Shown in pieces: positions 1 through 10,068 of a DNA stretch of 64,000 bases. Location of the stretch: the NCBI GenBank assembly GCA_963828195.1, contig CAWHDT010000003.1, positions 160,001 to 224,000 on the forward strand, read 5' to 3'. The notes below the pieces were generated by a model that was not told where the DNA came from, ran no database searches, and saw nothing but the letters and a program-made list of their open reading frames with translations. Position 1 is the first letter of the stretch, and the number at the start of each line of letters is the position of its first letter. The position numbers and the translations under genes are program-made. The DNA is from Candidatus Bathyarchaeota archaeon. GTDB lineage: Archaea; Thermoproteota; Bathyarchaeia; Bathyarchaeales; Bathycorpusculaceae.

Positions 1-1175
1 GCCAGCAAGAGGAAGGGCAGTTGCGGTGATACAAATGCGTATAGCGCTCCGACCAGAATTAGGAAGACTGCCTGCGTCAGGTACATGAAGAACTGCAGGC
101 TCCCTATGGCTGTTCCCCGTATGTTCCTCGGGATCAAGTCGCCCATTAGGACTTGGTAGCTGTTGAGTTGAAGCAGGTTGCCGAGGCCGAAGAAGAAAAA
201 GGCAAGCAGCAGCATGTCAAAATTGGCGTTTATGAAAAGCAGCATTCCTGGAACATACAGGAGGTAGCCAAGTATCAGGAAGCGTTTTCTGCCCAAGGTG
301 TCCATGCTGAACCCCGCGAGGATGGCTGGAACCGAAATGGTCAGGTACATGAAAGCTAAGACAATAGCCCATTGCGAGAGAGACATTTTAAGGATGGAGG
401 TTGCGTAAACCACGAAGTATGTTTGGCAGCCTGCAACTAACCCGTTTATGACTATGATGGCTACAAAAAGGTTGAAAGCTGACGTTGGAAGCTTCCGCCA
501 AACATTTATGCCTTCTCTAACCGATTTCGGGTAGTCTCTTAAAGCATTTAAGAAAGTTGGACGTTCTTTTCCGTCTTTGCCCGTCAACGTCTCTTTTAAT
601 CTAAGTCTGAGAACTGCAATCCCAAAGTACATCACTGCCACAAAAGTGTAAGCTATCCGCATACCTAAATCAAAGTGAAAGGTAACAACCAAAAACTGTG
701 CAATAAGCGGGGCGGGCAAGATTACAATTGTCGAAATAACTGTTTGGAAACTGTACCCTGCGCCCCTGTTCTGCGGAGCCAAAGAATCCAGGTCCATAGC
801 CATCAATGCTGGACCGTAAATAGAGCACAGGTTTTGTATCAGAATTCCCAGCAGCAAGAAGGGCCATGAAGGAGCCAAAATAAAAAACAATGTCCCAACG
901 CCCAAGCCGAAAGTCATAGTGACTATGAGCCATCTTCTGCCGTGTTTATCTGCTAAGTAGCCGCCTGGAAACTGGACCAGAGCAAGCGCGACTGCGCCGG
1001 CAAAACCCATGATTGAAATTAGAAACACGTTGGCTCCAAGGTGCAGGTAAAAAAGGCTGGAGTAGGTGTCGGGGATGGGCTGCGCAAAAAACATGATGAT
1101 CCAGCTTACGGTTATCAGTAGAAAGTTTCCTTTTAGGACGGCTGAGTCTCCTCGGAAAAGCTCTGACAGCTTCAT
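1..1175 (-). CDS. MFS transporter (runs off the window start)
   Basis: Manual translation from ATG at 1175: MKLSELFRGDSAVLKGNFLLITVSWIIMFFAQPIPDTYSSLFYLHLGAN...GGYLADKHGRRWLI, containing MFS motif A (GxLADxxGRR) and hydrophobic helices. Absent from the ORF track because no stop lies in the window. Confidence 0.9.
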   Translation of the reverse strand, partial: MKLSELFRGDSAVLKGNFLLITVSWIIMFFAQPIPDTYSSLFYLHLGANVFLISIMGFAGAVALALVQFPGGYLADKHGRRWLIVTMTFGLGVGTLFFILAPSWPFLLLGILIQNLCSIYGPALMAMDLDSLAPQNRGAGYSFQTVISTIVILPAPLIAQFLVVTFHFDLGMRIAYTFVAVMYFGIAVLRLRLKETLTGKDGKERPTFLNALRDYPKSVREGINVWRKLPTSAFNLFVAIIVINGLVAGCQTYFVVYATSILKMSLSQWAIVLAFMYLTISVPAILAGFSMDTLGRKRFLILGYLLYVPGMLLFINANFDMLLLAFFFFGLGNLLQLNSYQVLMGDLIPRNIRGTAIGSLQFFMYLTQAVFLILVGALYAFVSPQLPFLLL

Positions 1176-1339
1176 TTGCTTAAGAAATCGGCTTAAGCAT
1201 ATTTAAATTAAGAGCGATTTGAGGCGAAGTTGCTCTGCAAACGGGGTGAACGGAAGCAAACGACAAAATTAGGAACCATGATTCTACAAATGGAAATCTG
1301 GCTACTTGCTTTTCTTGGTCTTCAAATAAAAACAGAAAA

Positions 1340-1579
1340 TCATGAGGTGGCTGCTTTGATTGGCGAATCTAACCCGTTTTGGAACACTTGAACGCCGTAG
1401 TGGAGCAGGCTTTTTACGGCGCTTATCCTGCTTCCCGGCACGGAAGCAACGCCATGAATCAAACCGTACAAAGACAGAAACGCCATAACCAAAAACGTAG
1501 AGCGGGAGTAGACCAGGAGCAATAAGACAAAGAGGGACAATTTAGTAAATCCTTCAGTTGACGCCTTTTGCAAGCTCAT
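1340..1579 (-). CDS. small hypothetical membrane protein
   Basis: 79-aa ORF with a hydrophobic segment and an upstream BRE/TATA-like sequence near 1620; no recognisable family. Confidence 0.45.
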   Translation of the reverse strand: MSLQKASTEGFTKLSLFVLLLLVYSRSTFLVMAFLSLYGLIHGVASVPGSRISAVKSLLHYGVQVFQNGLDSPIKAATS

Positions 1580-1784
1580 TGTGCTATTTCTCGCAGTTGT
1601 TATCTCTTCAACGGAAAAAGTTAAGGGTTGTGCTTAAGTCTCGACATTCTTGAAGAACACTACTCAGTTATGCGCCGAAATTGACAAACGAGTTTAAATC
1701 AGCCTAAAATGATTGAATTCAGAAAATGCCTTCCCCCCGCAATTCTTAAATCGCCCTTGCCAAGAGCTTAATTAGATTAATACA

Positions 1785-3158
1785 ATGCAAAGCTCAGTAG
1801 AAGGAAAATACAAGCTTAAAGCATTAAAGATTTCAGCAATCGCAATCCTTAGCGTTGTAATAGTTGAAGTTTCAATAGGATTATTCGTTAACAGTTTGGC
1901 AATACTAAGCGACGGCTTACATGCTTTGCTCGATGTTGTTTCAACGGTCATGCTTTTTTTTGCGGTTCGAGCCTCAATCAAGCCGCCTGATGAAGAACAC
2001 ACATATGGACACGAAAAGTTTGAAACCATAGGCGGCTTAATCGGAGGAATAGTTTTAATTGCGGTTGCGTTCTTGATTTTTTATGAAGCCGCGTTAAGAT
2101 TGACTGGATTAGAGAATGCACAGATCAATCAAGGCGGCGTTTACGTTGGTTTCATCGCGATTGGCTACGCGATGTTTATTGCTTCTTTAAGGGTTACCGT
2201 CTTCAGAAAAACTCAGCACATGGAAAGCCCCTCCATGAAAATAGGTCTCTACGACGCAGTTTCTGACTTGAGCTCAACATTGCTTGCTCTTCTGGGATTC
2301 GGTTTGGCTGCTTTAGGTTTTCTTTACGGGGATGCTTTAGCATCAATCTTCCTCGGAGTCATGCTTACTTACCTCAGCGTTAAGCTCATACGGTACAGCG
2401 TCATGGAACTTAGCGATACCGCGTCAAAGGAGCTGGTTCAGAAAACAAGAAAAGTGATTCTTTCACACGAGGGGATTGTGAAAGCTGATAACCTCAAAGT
2501 CCGCAAAGTTAGCTCCAAAATTTTCGTAGATGCAGCCGTACAAGTTCCAAGTCATATGCCCTTGGAAGAGGCTCATTCTTTGGTCTCCACTATTGAAACC
2601 GACTTGAAGCAATCTCTCGGAAATGTAGATGCCACGATCCATGTTGAACCGTCAGAAAAAGAAGCAAAAATGGATCAGCTGGTAAAAAAACTGGCAACAG
2701 TGGAGGGTGTTAAAGAGGTTCATGAAATCTCAACCATTTACACTGGCGGCAAATTCTACATTACATTACATGCCTACGTGGACCCCGAGATGTCAGTTGA
2801 AGATGCACATAAAATAGCGGAGAACATTGAACGAAGAATGAAAGCCGAAATTAAACCTCTTGAAAACGTAACTGTACATGTGGAGCCTTCAGGTATTGCG
2901 GTCCCAGCGCCGGAAGCAAATGAGGCACAGCTTAAGAGGGCAGTTCACGAAGTCGCCGAAGGCATCGGTAACTTGCAAATCAAGCGAATAGTAACTTACG
3001 TCGCAGAAGGCAAACGTTACATCAACATTGATTGCTGCTTCATCAAACAAATCCACATAAAAGACGCACACAAGATTGCCTCACAGCTTGAAGAAGAAAC
3101 AAAAGAACGGTTCGCTGACGCGGTCGTCACAGTGCACATTGAACCAGAATGCCCATAA
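1785..3158 (+). CDS. cation diffusion facilitator (CDF) transporter with three tandem C-terminal ZT-dimer domains
   Basis: SLAILSDGLHALLD and KPPDEEHTYGHEKFE motifs; three repeats of EAH..A..IE...VTVHVEP. Confidence 0.95.
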   Translation: MQSSVEGKYKLKALKISAIAILSVVIVEVSIGLFVNSLAILSDGLHALLDVVSTVMLFFAVRASIKPPDEEHTYGHEKFETIGGLIGGIVLIAVAFLIFYEAALRLTGLENAQINQGGVYVGFIAIGYAMFIASLRVTVFRKTQHMESPSMKIGLYDAVSDLSSTLLALLGFGLAALGFLYGDALASIFLGVMLTYLSVKLIRYSVMELSDTASKELVQKTRKVILSHEGIVKADNLKVRKVSSKIFVDAAVQVPSHMPLEEAHSLVSTIETDLKQSLGNVDATIHVEPSEKEAKMDQLVKKLATVEGVKEVHEISTIYTGGKFYITLHAYVDPEMSVEDAHKIAENIERRMKAEIKPLENVTVHVEPSGIAVPAPEANEAQLKRAVHEVAEGIGNLQIKRIVTYVAEGKRYINIDCCFIKQIHIKDAHKIASQLEEETKERFADAVVTVHIEPECP

Positions 3159-3237
3159 AAGTTAAAGATTAAGATGATTAAATTCTTAAAAATAATGTTT
3201 TATCAAAATAATTGAGAAAAAAGAAAGAAAGGGGATT

Positions 3238-4095
3238 TTATTTTTTAGCTTTTCTTGTGTATGCGTATGTTCCAAATGCGACAATGACCAGTGCCATCGC
3301 CGTGAAAATTGCGGCTGCAGACGAAAACTCATTCACTGTCGGCGAGGTGGATGTGCCAACTGGGCTGAAAACTGCTTCGTAGCTGTACGTGTTTCCATAG
3401 CCGTGGTCAACGTTGTAGGGATTGTTTGTCGGCGTAGCTGTATATGAGTATGAACCGTGGTCGTTCATTGGAGTGCCACCAATGACCCAGTTGTCAAATT
3501 GCCATCCGTTGTTTGGAATCGCTGTCAAATCAAGTGAAGTAGCGTTGGCTAATTCGTATGTTCCCGGCGCGGGGCTTGTGGTTCCTCCAACTCCAGCTAT
3601 CACAACAACTATTGCATTAGTAGCGGAATTGGTTTGAACTGCTGGGGGTATAATGGTGTCTGGTGTAAATGTTGCCTGTATAGCGTAGGCGCTCTCGTTA
3701 AGAGTAATTGTGAGCGGGTTATCAACGGCATCGGTATATGAGTAAGCTGCAGTTACAATAGTCCACAATCCGAAGCTAAAACCGTCACCGGGGACCGCTG
3801 TGAATGTCTGAGACGACCCATCGGCATAAGTGTATGGACCTGGGGTTTGAACTGAGCCGTCAGTATTAGCGTATGATCCTCCCACTGAGGCTATGAGGGT
3901 TACAGTGTCGTTCGTCTGTGCTTTCGCGATTGGTGCGTAATTATTTGCGACGGCCATTAGAAGTGTTGCTGTTAGCAAGGTAAATACGACGATTCTCAAT
4001 GTTTTCGATGTTTTTGCCAATTTTTTATTCTCCGTTAAAAGTAGATAATTCAATGTAGGTGCATTCGATATATTAACTTTGTGATTCCTACTCAT
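3238..4095 (-). CDS. secreted/surface protein with repeated beta domains and PEF-CTERM-like anchor (real start probably TTG ~4020)
   Basis: Signal peptide, two GG.T.P..G.Y repeats, C-terminal VNEF + TM helix + basic tail. Confidence 0.8.
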   Translation of the reverse strand: MSRNHKVNISNAPTLNYLLLTENKKLAKTSKTLRIVVFTLLTATLLMAVANNYAPIAKAQTNDTVTLIASVGGSYANTDGSVQTPGPYTYADGSSQTFTAVPGDGFSFGLWTIVTAAYSYTDAVDNPLTITLNESAYAIQATFTPDTIIPPAVQTNSATNAIVVVIAGVGGTTSPAPGTYELANATSLDLTAIPNNGWQFDNWVIGGTPMNDHGSYSYTATPTNNPYNVDHGYGNTYSYEAVFSPVGTSTSPTVNEFSSAAAIFTAMALVIVAFGTYAYTRKAKK

Positions 4096-4110
4096 TTGAT
4101 ATATAAAACT

Positions 4111-4136
4111 TTGTGATTGTATTAATGCAGCAACAA
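4111..4136 (-). promoter_or_regulatory. 26-bp motif WTGTKG-N10-ACARTCACAW abutting a TATA box (site 1 of 5)
   Basis: Minus strand TTGTTGCTGCATTAATACAATCACAA followed by AGTTTTATATA. Confidence 0.7.
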
Positions 4137-4414
4137 TTATGCGAAAATAAATTGTTTTCCAAAAATAAAAAAGAGCTGATGTGTATCACAGTTCATTCAA
4201 CTTTAATCAGAAAGCAGACAAACGCTAAACTCCTTAATCAATAATGAAGAAAAAGACACAGAGGCAACACGAGAAAGGCAGGGCAAACCCAAAATGTCAG
4301 GTTTGATTGACCCAGAATAGATTAGTTTATTTCCAGTAACATAAAAAGCGGGCTCAGTTATTTTTTAAAATCAAAAACGCTTTAATGGTTAACGTTATAT
4401 AGTGACCTGTGTAA

Positions 4415-6691
4415 ATGTACGAGTGTGCGACGGAAATGTTGTCTCGTTCAGCCAAAGTTAAATTGAAAGCGATTTTGATTATTGACATAATTATTATAGG
4501 CGGAGCTGCAGGAGCCTATCTTTATCTTCAAAATCGGGGACTGATCGCAAATGCAGCTAAACCAGCTACTTTTACTATAACAGACCTCACTATCGATCCT
4601 CCAGTAGCAAACGTGACAGATGCCATAGAAATCTCAGTCAACGTAACAAACGTGGGCGCTTTAGAAGGCAACGCAACAATAAATCTTGAAATTAACAATG
4701 CAACAAAAAACACCGAGAACGTAACGCTTACAGGCGGAGGATCTCAACTTGTCCAGTTTACCGATATAGAAACAACGCCGGGGAATTATACTGTGCAAAT
4801 TGGTGACTTGACGGGAATGTTTACAATTAATCCTGCTCCGCCAGGGTCAAGTAAGATAATATTGTCTAACCTGTTTTTTTCGCCGTATGAAGTCTGGCCA
4901 AATCAACCTGTTAACGTGACGGCAACCGCTGAAAACCCGACTGACCAGCCTGACAGCCTTGCTGTTACGGTTTCGCTTGATGGCACAGCTGTGGAAACTA
5001 ATGTTATTTCGGTAAATGCAAGCACGAGCGAAATTGTAGAATTTACTGTTAATGCTACAACGTTAGGATGGCACACTGTTAATCTGAACACATTAAGCGG
5101 GCAATTCTCAGTTGTTAAGACCGGTTACCACACGCTTTTAATTAACAGGTCTGGCGGAGGCTCCACACCTTTACCCTTCACCTTAAACGGAGCAGGCTAT
5201 AACACGCCTTTCAGTCAACTTATGCCCGTGGGGCAATACACCATAACTGTCCCAAGTCCATTTAGCGTTGGAACCGGGGTGCTGGCGTTTTCTTATTGGG
5301 AAGATGGCGAAACTAATCCGACGCGAACTTTCACGTTAAATCAAGATATGATAGTGATTGCAACGTACACTTTGATTAGTGGATATGCCTCTTGTCCGTC
5401 GCTTTATACTTGGAATGGAACAGCCTACTCTTACGTCACTGACGTTTCAAATGCCGGTTGGTTGGGATACACCGGGTACATGACAAGTAGCGGCAGCATT
5501 GTGAATATAGGCGGAAACCCCTGGGACAACGTGAAACTTAACCAAAACCAGATGGCGTTAACAGACATTGACGGCACCAACTGCTATGACATGACTCTTT
5601 TCCAGCAAGCCGATGAACTCTTCTACTTAGACGCGGCATATTTGCTAGTTGTTGATCACCCAGCAGGCACCAACGTCTACTCAAGTGTAACTAATTATCT
5701 TAACCAAGGGTTAAATGATCAAATCTACACGGTAAACCAAACTACCACAACATCCCCTCTCAGCGCGACTTATGTTTGGGGACCAAACGGCACCAACGCT
5801 CAAGGCGAAAATGTCTTGCCTCAAATTTCGAAGCTTGATGGTGTTTTCACGCCTGGAAACAGCGGAGATCTTAGCCCCTCCTGGAATAACATCTACTTTA
5901 ATCAGTTAACAATGGACTTAGGAAACCTATCCTCGGCAAACACAATCAAACTTGAAATAAACGGAATTGTCGATTGGGGTTCACCAGTTGACTATGACAA
6001 TTGGATAGCCAGCTTTAAGGCGGCAGCTGCACAGGGACTGGTAGCTACTGGAACACAAATAACGCCGCCCGCTTACATGGAAATTAAATATCCAAACGGC
6101 ACCTGGGTTCCTGTTCCGCAGAGTAGGCAGATGCCAATCCCGTCGGATTCTAACCCAAGAACTTTCGTGGTGGATTTAACTGGGCTATTCCCAGCTGGTT
6201 TAAGCGATTACCAGATCAAAATTGTCAATTTCTGGAATGTAACCTACGACTACATCGGAGTTGACACCAGCACGCAACAGAACATAACAATTCAAAAAAT
6301 CAGCCCAATCGCAACCCTAAGCCAAGTGTGGACAACCAACTCGACTTCTTCAGGAAACTTTACACAATATGGAAACGTAACGGCGCTGCTTCAAAGCGCA
6401 GACAACCAATATGTAATCGGACGCCAAGGCGACGAAGTTACTATGGAGTTTCCCGTCAGCAATTTAACGGCTCCTGCCCCAGGCATGGTTAGAGACTACT
6501 TCTTCTTCGTAGCATGCTGGTTTAAAGATCCGCCCGGAGGTTGGGGCTACGGATTCACCTTTACAGTAGACCCAATGCCTTTCCTCGGAATGACCGGATT
6601 TCCATACTCGACAGCTGAAAGCTACCCCTACACCGCAGCGAACCTGGCGTACCTGAAAGAGTACAATACGCGGGTAATTCCTACTTCATAA
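4415..6691 (+). CDS. large N-terminally anchored extracellular protein: CARDB-like Ig domains plus a C-terminal SCPxLYxWNG...YPY...YNTR domain
   Basis: N-terminal TM helix, two CARDB-like repeats, many NxS/T sequons. The C-terminal domain resembles that of ASPIC/UnbV-type proteins (from recall, unverified). Confidence 0.8.
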   Translation: MYECATEMLSRSAKVKLKAILIIDIIIIGGAAGAYLYLQNRGLIANAAKPATFTITDLTIDPPVANVTDAIEISVNVTNVGALEGNATINLEINNATKNTENVTLTGGGSQLVQFTDIETTPGNYTVQIGDLTGMFTINPAPPGSSKIILSNLFFSPYEVWPNQPVNVTATAENPTDQPDSLAVTVSLDGTAVETNVISVNASTSEIVEFTVNATTLGWHTVNLNTLSGQFSVVKTGYHTLLINRSGGGSTPLPFTLNGAGYNTPFSQLMPVGQYTITVPSPFSVGTGVLAFSYWEDGETNPTRTFTLNQDMIVIATYTLISGYASCPSLYTWNGTAYSYVTDVSNAGWLGYTGYMTSSGSIVNIGGNPWDNVKLNQNQMALTDIDGTNCYDMTLFQQADELFYLDAAYLLVVDHPAGTNVYSSVTNYLNQGLNDQIYTVNQTTTTSPLSATYVWGPNGTNAQGENVLPQISKLDGVFTPGNSGDLSPSWNNIYFNQLTMDLGNLSSANTIKLEINGIVDWGSPVDYDNWIASFKAAAAQGLVATGTQITPPAYMEIKYPNGTWVPVPQSRQMPIPSDSNPRTFVVDLTGLFPAGLSDYQIKIVNFWNVTYDYIGVDTSTQQNITIQKISPIATLSQVWTTNSTSSGNFTQYGNVTALLQSADNQYVIGRQGDEVTMEFPVSNLTAPAPGMVRDYFFFVACWFKDPPGGWGYGFTFTVDPMPFLGMTGFPYSTAESYPYTAANLAYLKEYNTRVIPTS

Positions 6692-6952
6692 CCCATTTTC
6701 TTGCCAAAACCTAAAAAAGGCGATTGGGCGGCAAAGATATGCAAGATTTAAAAGGTGCTCCTCATATTTTTAATATCTAAAAATTCATTGAGACCTCTGC
6801 ATGTCTTTCACTAGAAAATCCACTTATCGGCTTTGTGGAGCGTTTGCTCACGTTTTTGCATTGGTGGTTGCAGTCTTCATATCTTAGCTCTTGAGAGCCT
6901 TTAATGTTGAGCTTAAAGCCTAACTTACAATAATCGAAATGGCGAGAAAGAA

Positions 6953-7933
6953 ATGATTTGGGAAGTCATAGGAGACATATTAAGAATTTCAGTGCTTGGG
7001 GGGCTCGGAGCAGCGGGGATACTTGCCATTTTAATATGGAAAAGGAACAAAACTGTAAGAGTAACCTACATTCGGCTGGTCATTCAGGCGGTCGCTTTTG
7101 CAGCCATATTTTATATATTCAGTTATACTTTTCCGCTTATCTACGCTTTAATCGCCATTTTTGCGATGACTATAGTTTTAGGTCGGTTGTTCTGCGGTTG
7201 GTTTTGCCCATTCGGCTTTGTTATGGACCTAATTGTCCTGCTTAGAAAAGCACTCAAAATTCGTTACATAAACTTTTCTGACAAACTAAACATGATTCTA
7301 CACCAATCAAGATACGTAATACTGCTATTTTTCCTCCTTGTGCCCGCCATCTTATGGTATATCGCACCGCTTCCAAACATCAATTTCGCCTTCGATTTGG
7401 CGCAAATTTTGGGAGGTCCCTTCCATCCATATACTGTTCTGATTGATCCGTTGACACCTCTGATTGTTCCATATGCTGGTCCACTGGTTGTTAGCCATAT
7501 TAATTTCAGTTACCCGTACGTTCACGATATATTCAATTATTCGGGTCAAAATCTTGGTGAAATAATAGCTATTGCTTTTGTTGGTTTAACGTTGGTAGGT
7601 TCATTTTTTGTAAGGCGCGTTTGGTGCCGCTTCTGTCCAACAGGCGCTTCGTTTGGAGTCATGAATAGGTTTAAGGGGTTCAATTGGGCACCTCTGCTTC
7701 ATCTAGATAAAGATGAGGAAAAATGCACGAAGTGCGGCGTTTGCAAGAGAGTGTGTCAATCGCAAGTCCCCGACGTGTATGAACAGAAGGGTGGAAGAAT
7801 AAACACTTCAATGTGTATGTTATGCTTGCGGTGTGCTGAAATGTGTCCATACGAAGATGCCTTGAAATTGAAGTTGGGAAGTAAAACAGTGTTCAAATCG
7901 AGAAACTGGCTAGAGCCATCAACATGTGAGTGA
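6953..7933 (+). CDS. NapH/MauN-like membrane 4Fe-4S protein
   Basis: GRLFCGWFCPFG and RVWCRFCPTG motifs, several TM helices, two C-terminal CxxCxxCxxxC ferredoxin motifs. Confidence 0.9.
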   Translation: MIWEVIGDILRISVLGGLGAAGILAILIWKRNKTVRVTYIRLVIQAVAFAAIFYIFSYTFPLIYALIAIFAMTIVLGRLFCGWFCPFGFVMDLIVLLRKALKIRYINFSDKLNMILHQSRYVILLFFLLVPAILWYIAPLPNINFAFDLAQILGGPFHPYTVLIDPLTPLIVPYAGPLVVSHINFSYPYVHDIFNYSGQNLGEIIAIAFVGLTLVGSFFVRRVWCRFCPTGASFGVMNRFKGFNWAPLLHLDKDEEKCTKCGVCKRVCQSQVPDVYEQKGGRINTSMCMLCLRCAEMCPYEDALKLKLGSKTVFKSRNWLEPSTCE

Positions 7934-9273
7934 AGAAATCCATGAAAAGCGAAAAAACCGAAAAAAAATATACGCCTGAAATCTCAACCAGAGAACTTGA
8001 GGAACTTAGAGACTCCATCAAAACTGCATCTCAGAAGGTAATCTCCGAGAACATAGAGCGCATGAAAAAAGCCGACCCTAACAGACCTGAAGCCATGAAG
8101 TATTTTGACGAAATCGCAAACGTGTTTGGCAAACGAGAAACTGAGATCGCAGCTGAGAAAGCGAAAGGAAAGAAAGTGATCGGCTACATGTGCCTGTTTG
8201 CTCCCACAGAGTTAATTTTGGCGGCAGATGCTATTCCAGTCAGAGTAAACTCAGGTTGGTACGATACTTCTAAAATCGGCGACAGAGTGGTGCCAGTTGA
8301 AGTGTGCCCCGTTATTCGCTCAACGATAGGCGCACAAATGATTGGGCTTTCGCCTTTTCTTGAGTTAAGCGACGCCTTGATCAGCGTTTTAACCTGTGAC
8401 GGCATGACTAAACTGAGCGAAATCTTAAGTGACTACAAGACCATTTGGGATATGAACATTCCACGAATTAAAGATTCAGACCACTCCCTTCGCTTCTGGA
8501 ACGACGAAATAAGACTCATGAAAACGCAGATTGAGAAGTTCACCGGCAACAAAATCACGCGGAAAAACTTGAAAGCAGCCATCGAGCAGACGCAGAAGGC
8601 GACAAAAGCTTTTCGCCGCCTGCAGGACCTGCGGAAGGGTCAACCAGTAATTATGGGCAGAGATGCAATGCTGGTTAATCAAGCGTACCTGTGGGATGAT
8701 AAAGCCCGGTGGACAGAGAAAACTGAAGCATTATGCGATGAACTGGAAAAGAGGGTCGAGCGGAAAGATTGGGTTTGTCCTCCTGATACGCCTAGGGTTC
8801 TGGTGACGGGTACGCCGATGTTTTGGCCTGATAACTGGAAGCTTCCAACTTTGGTTGAAGAAGCGAATCCAAAGGGCATCATCGTTGCTGATGAGCTTTG
8901 TTCAGGCGAAAGAATTCTTATCGACCCTGTCGGCATCGACGAATGGAACATGGATGACATGCTTAACGCTATCGGAGAGCGGCATCTTATGGCTTCTACT
9001 TGTCCCTGCTTCACTTCAGGCGACGGAAACGAGGACAGAATCAACTGGCTGCTAAACAAGGTTAAGGAATGGAATGTTCAAGGCGCTATCTATTATGTAG
9101 TGCGGGGCTGCATGCTGTATGCGATGGAGTACAACAGAATTAAAAAAGCGCTTGACAAAATAAATGTCCCAACATACTATCTTGACACAGAATACACCAG
9201 GGAAGATGTCGGGCAAATGAAGACGCGTGTTGAAGCATTCCTCGAGATGTTAACGGCGAGGGTTGACTTTTAG
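7930..9273 (+). CDS. 2-hydroxyacyl-CoA dehydratase-family protein, double-cubane cluster (DCCP)-like reductase
   Basis: Cys pattern GYMC, VCP, TCDG, ELCSGER, CPCF, GCMLYAME; C-terminal DTEYTREDVGQMKTRVEAFLEML. Confidence 0.85.
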   Translation: MKKSMKSEKTEKKYTPEISTRELEELRDSIKTASQKVISENIERMKKADPNRPEAMKYFDEIANVFGKRETEIAAEKAKGKKVIGYMCLFAPTELILAADAIPVRVNSGWYDTSKIGDRVVPVEVCPVIRSTIGAQMIGLSPFLELSDALISVLTCDGMTKLSEILSDYKTIWDMNIPRIKDSDHSLRFWNDEIRLMKTQIEKFTGNKITRKNLKAAIEQTQKATKAFRRLQDLRKGQPVIMGRDAMLVNQAYLWDDKARWTEKTEALCDELEKRVERKDWVCPPDTPRVLVTGTPMFWPDNWKLPTLVEEANPKGIIVADELCSGERILIDPVGIDEWNMDDMLNAIGERHLMASTCPCFTSGDGNEDRINWLLNKVKEWNVQGAIYYVVRGCMLYAMEYNRIKKALDKINVPTYYLDTEYTREDVGQMKTRVEAFLEMLTARVDF

Positions 9274-9282
9274 GGTGGATTT

Positions 9283-10068
9283 ATGATCACTGTCGGGATG
9301 GATTTAGGCACTCAACGTGTAAAGACAGTTGTGTTAAAAGACAATACCGTCGTTTCGAGAGGGCAAGCCTTCTCAGGGTTTGACCCTTCCAAAGCCACGG
9401 AAGAAGCAGTGAACCAAGCATTAAAAGACGCAAACTTGAAGATTTCTGATGTTGCCTATTTTGTCGCTACCGGTTCAGCTATGGAAATGGCGCCTTATTC
9501 TAACGGCACCGTAAGCATGATGGGTGCTGACGCTAAAGCAGGAGTTCACCTTTTTCCGAAAGCCCGAACAATAATTGATGTGGGCGCTGAAGAAGCCCGA
9601 GCCGTTAAATGCGACGAAAAAGCCATTATGGTTGATTTTATCGTTAACGAACGCTGTGCTGCCGGCGCCGGAGCATTCATAGAGGCGATGGCTCGGGCGC
9701 TGGAGGTGAAACTGGAGGAGATGGGTCCGCTTTCACTTAAGGCTGAGCGCGCTAGCCCCATAAACGCTTCCTGCGTCATCTTCGGCGAATCCGACGTGGT
9801 TTCGCTTATTCACCGCCAAGAATCCAAGCCAGAAATAGCCCGAGCGGTTTTTGACGCGATGGCAGATCGAATATCCTCCATGATCCACAGGTTAGGCATT
9901 AACCCAGATGTGGTTTTGATCGGCGGAGTCGCGAAGGATGTTGGTTTTGTTGCCTCTCTAAAGAGAAAGCTTGGGGTTGACGTGTTGATTCCCGATTTTC
10001 CCGATTACGCGGGCGCTTTAGGTGCAGCTCTTGTTGCAGCCGCCCGAGCGAAGGAGGGTCAGAAATGA
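9283..10068 (+). CDS. ASKHA-type ATP-dependent activase (BzdP-like)
   Basis: GMDLGT, IDVGAEE, NERCAAGAG and CVIFGESDVVS motifs. Confidence 0.9.
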   Translation: MITVGMDLGTQRVKTVVLKDNTVVSRGQAFSGFDPSKATEEAVNQALKDANLKISDVAYFVATGSAMEMAPYSNGTVSMMGADAKAGVHLFPKARTIIDVGAEEARAVKCDEKAIMVDFIVNERCAAGAGAFIEAMARALEVKLEEMGPLSLKAERASPINASCVIFGESDVVSLIHRQESKPEIARAVFDAMADRISSMIHRLGINPDVVLIGGVAKDVGFVASLKRKLGVDVLIPDFPDYAGALGAALVAAARAKEGQK

